This document shows positions 1 to 9,470 of a stretch of DNA of 64,000 nt, one piece after another; position 1 is the stretch's first letter; each line of letters starts with the position of its first letter. Both the position numbers and the translations under genes were made by a program. The notes beneath the pieces were generated by a model that was given only the letters and a program-made list of their open reading frames with translations, had not been told where the DNA came from and did not search any database. Source of the stretch: Spirochaetaceae bacterium. GTDB lineage: Bacteria > Spirochaetota > Spirochaetia > DSM-2461. The stretch is from assembly GCA_051531975.1 (NCBI GenBank), contig JAOPTT010000010.1, forward strand, positions 96,001 to 160,000, in the 5' to 3' direction.

Positions 1-345
1 ACAGAGGATATGGATGATTTTAAAGATAAATCATACGACTGGGTGACATCAATAAATGTTATGCATTTCATTGATATGTCTAATAGATTACCTGTGATTG
101 AAAATATGATAAGAATAGCAAAAAAAGGGGTTTTTATTACACAGGTTATGATTGAATCTACTCCATTATCAAGATCTGCCAATCCATTAATGGGTCTATT
201 ATGGAATGATTTTACTGGATTTTTTTATAAAAATGAAATTGACAATATAAATAGATATTTGCAAAGTAAATTTTTAGACCACTCATTTAAAGTTGAAAAA
301 ATTATGCATGGTAATAGCTCAATTTTAATAATCGAAAAAAAATAG
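1..345 (+). CDS. Class I SAM-dependent methyltransferase, C-terminal part (5'-truncated by the window edge)
   Basis: Frame is open from base 1. 'DKSYDWVTSINVMHF' resembles the post-motif II/III region of class I methyltransferases. Stop is followed by a GAGGA RBS for the next gene. Confidence 0.6.
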   Translation, partial: TEDMDDFKDKSYDWVTSINVMHFIDMSNRLPVIENMIRIAKKGVFITQVMIESTPLSRSANPLMGLLWNDFTGFFYKNEIDNINRYLQSKFLDHSFKVEKIMHGNSSILIIEKK

Positions 346-355
346 TGAGGACTAT

Positions 356-1789
356 ATGTTTTTAGATAATATTATAAATCTTGGAATAGAAAAATCTGAT
401 GAGGTTAATACCGTTAGATATAAAAGACAGATTAATGGACTTAATCTTTTTTATACAGCAATTGCGTTAAGTGTTGGACTTATTTCATTTATTTTATTAA
501 ATAAATCCCGAGTTGGATTATTTCTAGGATATGTACAAATTTTAGCCACGCTTATGTATGCTGGTAATTTATATAATAATAGAATTAAATTCAAAAAATA
601 TGTAAATCATCTGACTATTTTAGCTTTTGAATTGCATCTGTTTTTATGTGCACTATTAACTGGATTATTTGATAGTCCCGTTGCTATTGTTATTGTTTTA
701 TTCCCGTTATTAGCTGCTTTAGTTGAAGTATCAATATTTCTCCATCTCTTTATTGGTCTATTCCAATTTATGTTATTAATTATGTTTCATTTTATTTTTC
801 CTGAGTTGGAAAACAGTATTAATACATATCTGGGTATTACTGAAAGTTCTACTGTTATTCTTAGAATAATGGGATTAGGTTATTTTCCTATAATGTCAGC
901 TGGAATAATTAATATTATATTTGCTGAAAATTTATCTGCAAGAAAAAAACAGAAAGTGATGATAAAAGAACTAAGTAGGATGCATCATAAATTAAAAATT
1001 TATGCTGACGCATTAAAAGATGAATCTATAAGGTTAAAAGCCGAAGTGAATATTGCCAAAGATATACAGGCGATGGTACTGCCAGATGATAATGATTTAT
1101 CAGATTTAAGTGATCAGGAAGTATCCTGTATAATGCGTCCCGCCGATGAAGTTGGTGGTGATTATTACGATGTTATTCAATCTGATGGAAAGCTTGTATT
1201 TGGTATAGGAGATGTGACAGGTCATGGACTAGCATCGGGAATTATTATGTTAATGGCTCAAACTGCTATTAAAACTATAGTAGAGACAAAGTCAGCTAAG
1301 TATGAAGAGTATCTACCAATTGTTAATAAGGTTCTTTTTGATAATATAAATAGAATAAATGCAAATAGAAATATGACTCTTGCTCTTTTTAATTACCTTG
1401 GAAATGGTAGATATATAGCAACAGGACAACATGAATATTTTATAATATATAGAGCTAAAACAAAACAGATAGAGATTAACGATACAATGGACGATGGTTT
1501 TTTTATAGGAATGATAGAATCTGTAACTGAATTTTCAAATTTAAACGATTTTGTATTATACAAAGATGATATTCTATTACTTTTTTCAGATGGTGTAACA
1601 GAAGCAGAGGATATGGATAGCAACCAATTTGGTTTAGAACGACTTGTACAATATCTTGAACAATATGCAGAACTTCCACCAAGTAAAATAAAACAGAAAA
1701 TCATGCAGAAAATATATAATTACATAGGAGACAGAGATATTCTAGATGATATTTCACTATTAATAATAAAACAAAAGGAGTGTTTATGA
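356..1789 (+). CDS. Membrane-bound PP2C/SpoIIE (RsbU-like) phosphatase
   Basis: Several N-terminal TM helices and a coiled coil, then AKDIQ, VGGDYYD, GDVTGHG, FSDGVTEA and DDISL motifs. Confidence 0.92.
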   Translation: MFLDNIINLGIEKSDEVNTVRYKRQINGLNLFYTAIALSVGLISFILLNKSRVGLFLGYVQILATLMYAGNLYNNRIKFKKYVNHLTILAFELHLFLCALLTGLFDSPVAIVIVLFPLLAALVEVSIFLHLFIGLFQFMLLIMFHFIFPELENSINTYLGITESSTVILRIMGLGYFPIMSAGIINIIFAENLSARKKQKVMIKELSRMHHKLKIYADALKDESIRLKAEVNIAKDIQAMVLPDDNDLSDLSDQEVSCIMRPADEVGGDYYDVIQSDGKLVFGIGDVTGHGLASGIIMLMAQTAIKTIVETKSAKYEEYLPIVNKVLFDNINRINANRNMTLALFNYLGNGRYIATGQHEYFIIYRAKTKQIEINDTMDDGFFIGMIESVTEFSNLNDFVLYKDDILLLFSDGVTEAEDMDSNQFGLERLVQYLEQYAELPPSKIKQKIMQKIYNYIGDRDILDDISLLIIKQKECL

Positions 1790-2346
1790 ACAAAGCGCTA
1801 ATTAAAAGAACTGTATTTTTTTCAAATGAAGACAATATATCCAATATGGTTCACATAACCCTTCTACCTAAAGATCTTGCATTGTACTGGCAGCGATGTG
1901 GATTAACTGCTGATTTTGGTGCATCCTTTGCATCATTTTGTTTTCCAAAAATATCTGAAGCTAAAAATTCATTATCTGTAATATTAAATGAACTTGTTGA
2001 AAATGCAGTAAAATACAGCTCAGAGAGTAGTAAAAGAATAAAAATAACACTTTGTGATAATGATGGTTTCCTATATTTTGAGGTTGAAAACTATATATCT
2101 GATGAACAAAAAAAGTTATTTATTGATTTCATTGAAAAATTAGAAAGTGCTGAAGATATAAATGACTTTTATACGGAAGCTATGGAAAAGGCTATGACTG
2201 GTGAGGGTTCCGGACTTGGACTATTGACTATTTTAAATGATTATAATGTCGGAATGTCATTTACTTTTAGCAAAAAGCAAGATTTTCCTTCATTCCATAT
2301 AGTAAAACTTCAGGTCAGAATTAATCCGGAGGGCATAATATGTTAA
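1786..2346 (+). CDS. ATP-binding anti-sigma-type kinase (slr1658-like / HATPase_c)
   Basis: NELVENAVKY N-box and GSGLGL G-box. ATG at 1786 overlaps the upstream TGA (ATGA) and follows AAGGAG. Confidence 0.8.
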   Translation: MNKALIKRTVFFSNEDNISNMVHITLLPKDLALYWQRCGLTADFGASFASFCFPKISEAKNSLSVILNELVENAVKYSSESSKRIKITLCDNDGFLYFEVENYISDEQKKLFIDFIEKLESAEDINDFYTEAMEKAMTGEGSGLGLLTILNDYNVGMSFTFSKKQDFPSFHIVKLQVRINPEGIIC

Positions 2347-2687
2347 AAATTGAAGGTGATATCTATTTAGTATGGTATAAAGATAACGACCATATTATAC
2401 ATTTTGAGGGTTCATTAAGGTTATGGGACCCTGGAGAATATGGCAGAATAAAACAGTATATGCTTGATATATATGAACTTGATACTAAAACCCTTTCTAT
2501 AGATTTAACAAAATTAGAGTTTTTAAACAGTTCAGGAATAAGTATGTTGTGCAAATTTGTATTTGATATTAAAAAAGGTAACCAGCTTCCAATAATTATA
2601 ATTGGTAAAAAAGATATATTATGGCAAAGAAAATCTCTGCATAATCTAAAAAAATTATGGGATAAAATTGAGTTAAAGTTAATATAA
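2340..2687 (+). CDS. STAS-like anti-anti-sigma protein (slr1659-like)
   Basis: IDLTKLEFLNSSGI phosphoacceptor motif and WQRKSL. Overlaps the kinase gene. Confidence 0.8.
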   Translation: MLKIEGDIYLVWYKDNDHIIHFEGSLRLWDPGEYGRIKQYMLDIYELDTKTLSIDLTKLEFLNSSGISMLCKFVFDIKKGNQLPIIIIGKKDILWQRKSLHNLKKLWDKIELKLI

Positions 2688-2733
2688 TAAAACTTTAATA
2701 CAATATTATCACCATCAGTATTTTATAAAAATT

Positions 2734-4497
2734 TTATGGTAAAGCTGTAAAAAAGTCTGCAGAAACTATATCTCTGTTAATATTTTTAATTAATATATTT
2801 ACAGTTTTACCACTATCAGAAAATATCAATTGCCTATCTGTACCAGAAGGAGTTGTCTGATTAGTAATAATATTGTCTCGTATAGTATCAGATATAATTA
2901 TTCCAGAAATTGTTAGCTTTAATATATCAGTCTCAGCAAGTCTATTAAAATCCCATATAATATCGGTGCTTGAAGATCCAGCATCATCAATTTCAAATAC
3001 AAAAGTATCATCACCATCTAGTCCAAATAGGTCGTCATCTCCACCTTGTCCATCAATTATATCATTTCCTGAACCAACACCATCTAAAGTACCAATCTGG
3101 GAACTAAAAATATTTGATAAGACACCATTAACATAGTCATATAACAGTCCTGAGGAATCTTCCCAAAGTAAAAAATCTGTAGTTCCATCTGTACCATCAC
3201 CACCTTGTCCGTAGCCTCCACTAGCCATATTGTATAATGGTGTACTTATATTTATAGGTTGATTTGAACTATTTAGACCGCCAAAACCGGCACCTCCACC
3301 AGCTCCAAAAGCATTATTTCCAGTTCCACCTAGAGATTGTTCAGTAAAATAACCTGATCCATTATTATATGGAATAGCACTATGCCCACCCCACATTTTA
3401 TCATTTGAAGCAGTTCCACCAATAGGTTTACTTGTAACACCACCATCAAAACCACCAAATAAAGAAGTTCCAGCAGTAGTACTCGATTGAGCACCTCCTC
3501 CACCAGCAAGAAGCCCCCCAATACCACCATTACCTTGTGGGGATGCATTAGAACCGCCGCCACCGCCACCGCCTCCGAAGCCTCCATTAGCTCCATTATA
3601 ATCACCTACACCAAGACCAGAAGTACCATTAAATCCATCACCAAATATTATATCGTTTCCGCTACCACCAAAAATGATATCAGAACCAGAACCTGCTGTT
3701 CCACCAGGAGAGACACGATATTGCTCACCGCCTCCACCTCCACCACTTCCATCTCCGAATATTACATCGTTTCCAGAACTAGCAGTAATAACATCGTCAC
3801 TTCCACCACCATTACCACCAGCGGCATCGCTGCTGTAGTCTGTACTATAATCTCCAGAACCACCACTTCCACTTCCATCACCAGCATAATATCCTATTGC
3901 TGTTCCCCAAATTGAATATAAAATGATGTTATTAGCCGGCATTAAAAATGGTGGTGTTATAACACTCCCATCAGAAGTCAGGGACCAACCACTAAAAAAG
4001 TGACCAGTAAAAGCTATACCTGATCCATCATTTAAAGTTATTTCGGCACCTTCTAAATATGCTGTACTATCAACTGGTAAACTTCCAGTTCCACCATTTA
4101 GATCATATGTAATGCTATATGTATCTATTTCTATAGCTATAGCTGAAACATTAATAATGACATTATTACTTCCAGTACTTATATCAACTGTAGTTTCACC
4201 AGTGTATAACAATACGGATCTATCTAAATTATATAAATTCAATACAAATTTTCGATCAGTTCCTAATAAAACATCTACAGAAATGAACTCAACCTGAGTA
4301 GTTATTGTAATATCATCAAAATCTGATGCAGAAACTATTAATTCATATAAATAAGCATCGTCGGTTATAGCTCTAGATGATGGTAACGTTAAGTTTATAG
4401 TAGAAAATTTAGAATTATTATCAGATGAAAAAAGTTCACAACCTGCTATTAATAATATAAATATTAAAGATACAAAAAAAATCTTTTTCATAATCAC
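2734..4497 (-). CDS. Surface lipoprotein with InlB B-repeat-like domain and Gly-rich RTX-like Ca-binding repeats
   Basis: Lipobox LIAGC. YSITYDLNGGTG...FSGWS...LYSIW repeat unit. GNDVIFGDG, GNDIIFGDG, GNDIIDGQGGDDDLFGLDGDDTFVF nonapeptide-like repeats. Confidence 0.7.
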   Translation of the reverse strand: MIMKKIFFVSLIFILLIAGCELFSSDNNSKFSTINLTLPSSRAITDDAYLYELIVSASDFDDITITTQVEFISVDVLLGTDRKFVLNLYNLDRSVLLYTGETTVDISTGSNNVIINVSAIAIEIDTYSITYDLNGGTGSLPVDSTAYLEGAEITLNDGSGIAFTGHFFSGWSLTSDGSVITPPFLMPANNIILYSIWGTAIGYYAGDGSGSGGSGDYSTDYSSDAAGGNGGGSDDVITASSGNDVIFGDGSGGGGGGEQYRVSPGGTAGSGSDIIFGGSGNDIIFGDGFNGTSGLGVGDYNGANGGFGGGGGGGGSNASPQGNGGIGGLLAGGGGAQSSTTAGTSLFGGFDGGVTSKPIGGTASNDKMWGGHSAIPYNNGSGYFTEQSLGGTGNNAFGAGGGAGFGGLNSSNQPINISTPLYNMASGGYGQGGDGTDGTTDFLLWEDSSGLLYDYVNGVLSNIFSSQIGTLDGVGSGNDIIDGQGGDDDLFGLDGDDTFVFEIDDAGSSSTDIIWDFNRLAETDILKLTISGIIISDTIRDNIITNQTTPSGTDRQLIFSDSGKTVNILIKNINRDIVSADFFTALP

Positions 4498-4720
4498 CTC
4501 TTATTGGAATACTAAATTTATTAGTTTATATCAAATAATTATAGATCTTTATAATAGATTGTCTAGTGTTAAGAATGATAATAAGCACTAATACCCCACT
4601 CATAGAGTCTGAATATTAATGTTTAGACAATATTATTAATAAATACATCCTAATATACAGAAATTGATATACTATAATGAATCTTACACATATAATAACA
4701 TGTAATTATTAGGAGATATC

Positions 4721-5422
4721 ATGGATTTCTTTAAGTGTGAACAAGAGATACTTAACAATGCAGAAGAATTCTTAACCCTTGAGAATAAACCGTCTGACGC
4801 ATATACAGATGAGTACCTAAAGTTATATCGTGGTTTTAAGAAGCTATTAAAAGAGTCAAAAAAACTTATCTCATTATCAGATATTACCCATAAACAGTTA
4901 AAAGATAGTGAGGAAAAGTTAACAGAATTATCTATAAGAGATCCATTAACAGGTTTACTAAATAGACGTGGAGTTTATCAGTGGCTTGATGATGAATTGG
5001 TTAGACTTAAACGAAACAATACAACTTTGGCTATTTTTATTATGGATATAGACTTTTTTAAAGATGTAAATGATACATATGGCCATACTGCCGGGGATTA
5101 TGCATTACAGCAACTAGCTAACCTATATCATGACTCTGTAAGAGAACAAGATTGTATTGGTCGTTGGGGTGGAGAAGAGTTTATATTAGTACTTCCTAAT
5201 ACCGATGCCACTGGAGCTTTTAATCTTGGTGAGAAACTTAGAAAAAGAGTGGAAGATTTTATAATCATATATGATAATAAACGTATAGAATTAAAGATAT
5301 CATTAGGTGGTTGTAGTTTAGATGAAAATACAACTCTAGATGACTGTCTAAAGTGTGCTGATAATGCACTTTATAAAAGTAAAGCGGAGGGAAGAAATAA
5401 GGTGACTATGCATGAATCTTGA
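4721..5422 (+). CDS. Diguanylate cyclase, SiaD-like (coiled coil + GGDEF)
   Basis: DPLTGLLNRR, DIDFFKDVNDTYGH, RxxD I-site (REQD) and GGEEF. AGGAG RBS. Adjacent to siaB/siaC/siaA-like genes. Confidence 0.9.
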   Translation: MDFFKCEQEILNNAEEFLTLENKPSDAYTDEYLKLYRGFKKLLKESKKLISLSDITHKQLKDSEEKLTELSIRDPLTGLLNRRGVYQWLDDELVRLKRNNTTLAIFIMDIDFFKDVNDTYGHTAGDYALQQLANLYHDSVREQDCIGRWGGEEFILVLPNTDATGAFNLGEKLRKRVEDFIIIYDNKRIELKISLGGCSLDENTTLDDCLKCADNALYKSKAEGRNKVTMHES

Positions 5423-5960
5423 AAGTTTATCCAATATCTATCAACTATTAAATGAAGATGGAATAATAATTAGTTATCAGGGTGTTTTTCATCAAGAAAT
5501 TATTGAAGAGATTACTTCTATAATTAATCTTAAGCTTTCTTCTGATCCCGGAACAAAAAATAAGCATAAATATCTTACAATGTTTGTTGAATTATCCCAG
5601 AATATTTTAAGATACTCATCAGATTCTCTATTGAACAGTGAAGGGAAACAGATTAGTACAGGTATTATACTAGTTGGAACTAAAGATGATAAAATATTTG
5701 TTATTAGTGGGAATCCTATTAGTCCAGAATATAGAGATGATATTGATGAAAAGTTAAAAACACTAACAACCTTATCTGTAGAAGATCTGAATATGGTATA
5801 TAAACAGCAACTAAAAACAAAAGACCGACATAACTTTAATAAAAGTGCAGGTTTAGGATTGGTAGATATTATAAGAAAAGCGGATAAATCCGAATATAAT
5901 ATACATGACCAATCCCCTGGAAAACCTTTTTTAACAATAAAAGTAGAGTATAAGCTTTAA
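5412..5960 (+). CDS. siaB: SiaB family protein kinase
   Basis: YQGVFHQEII, FVELSQNILRYS, ISGNPI and SAGLGLVDIIRK motifs. Confidence 0.85.
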   Translation: MNLESLSNIYQLLNEDGIIISYQGVFHQEIIEEITSIINLKLSSDPGTKNKHKYLTMFVELSQNILRYSSDSLLNSEGKQISTGIILVGTKDDKIFVISGNPISPEYRDDIDEKLKTLTTLSVEDLNMVYKQQLKTKDRHNFNKSAGLGLVDIIRKADKSEYNIHDQSPGKPFLTIKVEYKL

Positions 5961-5969
5961 TCTATAAAT

Positions 5970-6341
5970 TTAATCTATAACTTTAATATTATAGGGGAAT
6001 TGGAAATCTTCCAGTAGATCTTCCCCTGTCTCTTTTGCTACTTCGTTATCAGCATTATATAACCAGTTTACAGATACTTTTTTACCTTTTTTAAAAGCCT
6101 CTTCTAATATATCAAAAAGATAAAACATAGCTTTAGTACTACTAGTATTAAGATACAATAACCGGACATTCAGTTCAAAAATTATACCTTCCTTCTCTAA
6201 ATATTCCTCTACCCAGGTTATTACTGGTTCATAAAAATTACTTGAGTTTTCTGGATATGATTGTCCATCAATAGTAAACAGTCTGTTTTCTTCGTCAAAA
6301 AGTATTCGTGGTGTCGATTTTCCTACTGCTATATCTATCAT
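5970..6341 (-). CDS. siaC: SiaC family (DUF1987) STAS-like phosphoprotein
   Basis: TPRILFD, GQSYPENSSNFYEP, YLNTSSTK (phospho-Thr motif) and VNWLY. Confidence 0.9.
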   Translation of the reverse strand: MIDIAVGKSTPRILFDEENRLFTIDGQSYPENSSNFYEPVITWVEEYLEKEGIIFELNVRLLYLNTSSTKAMFYLFDILEEAFKKGKKVSVNWLYNADNEVAKETGEDLLEDFQFPYNIKVID

Positions 6342-8374
6342 TTGTCTTCCTTCAATTTAAACCCCATAAGAGTAATATCATCTCTCTGACTATAGCCATC
6401 TTGAAAGTCTGCTAAATCTTTTTGGAGGGTATCTAAGTAACTATTCATGTTTTTACCAGTAGCTTTTTTAAGAGCTGCTAAATATCTTTTCCACCCAAAA
6501 CTAAACTCCTTTTCTCCACCACTTTGGTCTATATAACCATCAGTAGTAAAGTGAAAAGACATTCCCCTCTGGATATCTATTTGTTGTGTTGTATATACAT
6601 AATCATACTTTGATCTTTTATAACCAACACCTTGTTTGTCACCTTTATATTCAACTATGTCCCCATTTAAAAGGGTAAATAGTCTAATTTTTGATCCTGA
6701 GAATTGTAGAGATTTTGTATCACTATTATAGATACAAAGCCCAATATCAAGACCATCATCTTTTATTTCATATATATTATCCTGGGACAGTACTTGTTTA
6801 AGTAGTCTATTAAGATTAGATAATATAACACCTGGATCATCACTATTTATATGCTGTACAATTCTCTCTAACTGAGATTTTGCAGACATTGTTAATAGCG
6901 CCCCTGGTACACCATGACCAGTACAATCTATAACAGCGGCAATAAAACCATTATCTTTTTTCATTATCCAGTAAAAATCACCACCTACAACATCTTTTGG
7001 TTTCCAGTCAAGATAATGATCAAAAAATATCTCATCTAGTTGTGCCTTAGATGGTAAGATAGAGTTCTGAATCAAAGCAGCATACTCTATACTCTGCATT
7101 ACTTCCCTGTTCTTAACTTTTAACTCTTTAGTACGATCTTCAACTTTATGTTCCAAAGTTTCATTTAGTTCAAGGTTCACACTATAAGATTTTTCTAAAG
7201 AGGTATGAGTCTGGGCAAAACGTTTACCTAATATTACAGTAAAAGTTATAACCAAGAGGAAAAAACCTTCACCAATAAACGGTGATTTAGCTAATATACC
7301 CATGAAACATAACATACTGTATACAAAAGAAACTGACAGTAAAAGAATACCCACAAGCATAGTTTTTGAGTAAAAAAACTTAAGTTTAATAGCTCTAATT
7401 GAGACAAAAACGAGGTAAAATACTACTAAGATGTAGCTAAAGTTGAAACCATTATATAAATATTTACCAAAATTAAAAATTTGACCTGTAAAGAGATATT
7501 CAACTAAAATGAAAGAAGTCATGAACAAATATAATCCAATAAATATTTTTGCTCCAAGTTTTAGTTTTAGGTTATAAAACGAATGGATGAATAAAATAGG
7601 GAACATATACATATTTACTCCACCAACAAATGTTATAACCCAATATCCCCATGCTTTATCAATTAAATAATAGGCTAGACCATAATATCCAATGGTAAAT
7701 AATGCTACAGATAAACTGAAACCTGAGATGTATAGGTTGTATCGTTCTTGTTTTCTATATAAATACATTATAAAGAAATATAGAGCAAGGAAAAGACTAA
7801 CAAATGAGATAGCTGAATTTTTAATAACATATATTATCCAGTTTTGCTGTAATTCTTTATAATTACCTATCTTAACAAAACCACTAAAACCACCAACAGA
7901 ACTAAAACTACCAGCTTTAATTAATAGTGAATTTTCTCCAGTGTTTATAAGGCTATTACTAAGTTTTAAAGCTATAGGTTTGTGACCAAATTTATTATAT
8001 CCATTATATATTAAATTGTTATTAAGGTATAACTCATATCCTCCATAACTTAATGGAATGTATACCCCAAGTTCTTCATTTATTACATCAGGACTAAGGA
8101 TAAAAGAAATTTGATACCATGCATCCCCATAATGAGTTGCTAATTCTGGAATTGAATACTTCCATGGACTTGCTGTGGATATAGAAAACCAGTCATCATA
8201 GTTTATATTATCCATTTCATTATATTCTTTATCTTCTATTGAGAAGTTCCACTCAGTATTTAAACTGTAGACTTTATTATAGTCATCAACTAGTAGTGGT
8301 TTTACACTTTCTGCATATGTAGACAATGAGCATAAAGTTATTAGTAATATTATAACATGATTTCTGATTTTCAT
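6338..8374 (-). CDS. SiaA-like sensor phosphatase: extracellular jelly-roll + 7TM-DISM-like + PP2C/SpoIIE
   Basis: Signal peptide, SLNTEWNF...GDAWYQISF beta domain and about 7 TM helices. SIEYAALIQNSILP, PKDVVGGDFYW, DCTGHGVPGA, TDGYIDQ and QRDDIT motifs. Confidence 0.88.
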   Translation of the reverse strand: MKIRNHVIILLITLCSLSTYAESVKPLLVDDYNKVYSLNTEWNFSIEDKEYNEMDNINYDDWFSISTASPWKYSIPELATHYGDAWYQISFILSPDVINEELGVYIPLSYGGYELYLNNNLIYNGYNKFGHKPIALKLSNSLINTGENSLLIKAGSFSSVGGFSGFVKIGNYKELQQNWIIYVIKNSAISFVSLFLALYFFIMYLYRKQERYNLYISGFSLSVALFTIGYYGLAYYLIDKAWGYWVITFVGGVNMYMFPILFIHSFYNLKLKLGAKIFIGLYLFMTSFILVEYLFTGQIFNFGKYLYNGFNFSYILVVFYLVFVSIRAIKLKFFYSKTMLVGILLLSVSFVYSMLCFMGILAKSPFIGEGFFLLVITFTVILGKRFAQTHTSLEKSYSVNLELNETLEHKVEDRTKELKVKNREVMQSIEYAALIQNSILPSKAQLDEIFFDHYLDWKPKDVVGGDFYWIMKKDNGFIAAVIDCTGHGVPGALLTMSAKSQLERIVQHINSDDPGVILSNLNRLLKQVLSQDNIYEIKDDGLDIGLCIYNSDTKSLQFSGSKIRLFTLLNGDIVEYKGDKQGVGYKRSKYDYVYTTQQIDIQRGMSFHFTTDGYIDQSGGEKEFSFGWKRYLAALKKATGKNMNSYLDTLQKDLADFQDGYSQRDDITLMGFKLKEDK

Positions 8375-8390
8375 TGTAACTTCCTATTTT

Positions 8391-8597
8391 TTAGTAATAA
8401 AACCCTATTTTTGTAGTCTTCATATCTTCTTTGTTATCTACAAGTTTTTTACTATCATCTTCAGAGACATCATAACCTTTATCCTGAAACCAAGATGCAA
8501 CTGTTTTGTGGTCACTACTATCAACAACTTTGAGTAATTCTTCACCAATAGTGGTGTCTTTTGCAGCATCTGCAATAAAATCAATAAAATTTTTCAT
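8391..8597 (-). CDS. Putative RiPP precursor 1, Nif11-like leader, C-terminus KIGFYY
   Basis: 68 aa with GAAGGA RBS and its own promoter. Paralogous to 9235..9441. Helical F-x-x-x-x-x-x-D/N leader pattern and GY[D/S][V/I] motif resemble Nif11-type leaders. Confidence 0.7.
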   Translation of the reverse strand: MKNFIDFIADAAKDTTIGEELLKVVDSSDHKTVASWFQDKGYDVSEDDSKKLVDNKEDMKTTKIGFYY

Positions 8598-8634
8598 TCA
8601 AATTCCTTCATTTTTGATTTAATACGGTTTTTTA

Positions 8635-8663
8635 ATTTTAAGAGATATTAGACTTACTGTCAA
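8635..8663 (-). promoter_or_regulatory. Sigma70-type promoter of precursor 1 - siaA - siaC
   Basis: Minus strand TTGACA (8663-8658), 17-nt spacer, TAAAAT (8640-8635). Confidence 0.75.
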
Positions 8664-8682
8664 ACTTTTAATTGAATACTTA

Positions 8683-9207
8683 TTATTTGATATATATCCC
8701 ATACATTATGAAATCAACTGAAGAATTACCATAGGATATCCATGCAAAACCTTTTATCCCCCACAACCTACCCCATGAGTTTTTAATAAGCCATGCCTGC
8801 TTTTCATCATCATACCCAATTACTGTTACCGCATGACCACCAAATGATTTTCCAAATCTATGTCTGTATATACCTTTTCTATAAAATATTAGATCTAATC
8901 TGAAGTTCAGTATGGATAATAATGGACCTTTGCTATCAAGCCACTCTTTCATTTTTATCTGTTTATCCAGAGCTGTATAATCTGTTATTATTTTTTTATC
9001 CTTTAATAAAGTAAGAGTCTGATAGATATTATTTGCACTAGTAGGATATTTTTTAAGAAACTGTCTTTCCGATATTAGGCAGTATTTACCTGTTTTTTTA
9101 AATTTTAAAATCTCAAGGTTTGCTAAAACTGCATAGACTATACATACAGATCTGAAGCCTTGATTTTTTATTGGTAGATCTGGAAATTTATTATTAAGAA
9201 TAGGCAT
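8683..9207 (-). CDS. Minimal papain-like (C1A) cysteine peptidase
   Basis: NQGFRSVC (Gln/Cys), GGHAV (His) and KNSWG (Asn). No signal peptide or propeptide. Confidence 0.8.
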   Translation of the reverse strand: MPILNNKFPDLPIKNQGFRSVCIVYAVLANLEILKFKKTGKYCLISERQFLKKYPTSANNIYQTLTLLKDKKIITDYTALDKQIKMKEWLDSKGPLLSILNFRLDLIFYRKGIYRHRFGKSFGGHAVTVIGYDDEKQAWLIKNSWGRLWGIKGFAWISYGNSSVDFIMYGIYIK

Positions 9208-9234
9208 AGTAAACTCCCAGATTTATATTTTGGA

Positions 9235-9441
9235 TTAGTAATATAACCCTATTTTTTGTGATGCTATAGAGTCTTTATTCATCATGATCTTTTCACACTC
9301 ATCTTGGTTGATTGAATAACCCTGATTCTCAAACCATGTTGAAATCTCTGTGATGTTTGAACCCACAATCTTGTTGTTTAATTCTGTTGCCATACTCTCG
9401 TTTTTTGCTGCGTCTGCAACAAAATCAATAAAATTTTTCAT
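9235..9441 (-). CDS. Putative RiPP precursor 2, Nif11-like leader, C-terminus KIGLYY
   Basis: 68 aa with AAGGAG RBS. Starts MKNFIDFVADAAK and ends KIGLYY, like 8391..8597. Confidence 0.7.
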   Translation of the reverse strand: MKNFIDFVADAAKNESMATELNNKIVGSNITEISTWFENQGYSINQDECEKIMMNKDSIASQKIGLYY

Positions 9442-9470
9442 ATTTACTCCTTTGTTATTTTTCTTCTATG

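Noticed and set aside
2873..4297. Alternative-frame ORFs within the Gly-rich lipoprotein gene (e.g. Thr/Ser-rich 3487..3915)
   Set aside because: These are shadows of GGT/GGA-rich codons with no RBS or independent motifs.
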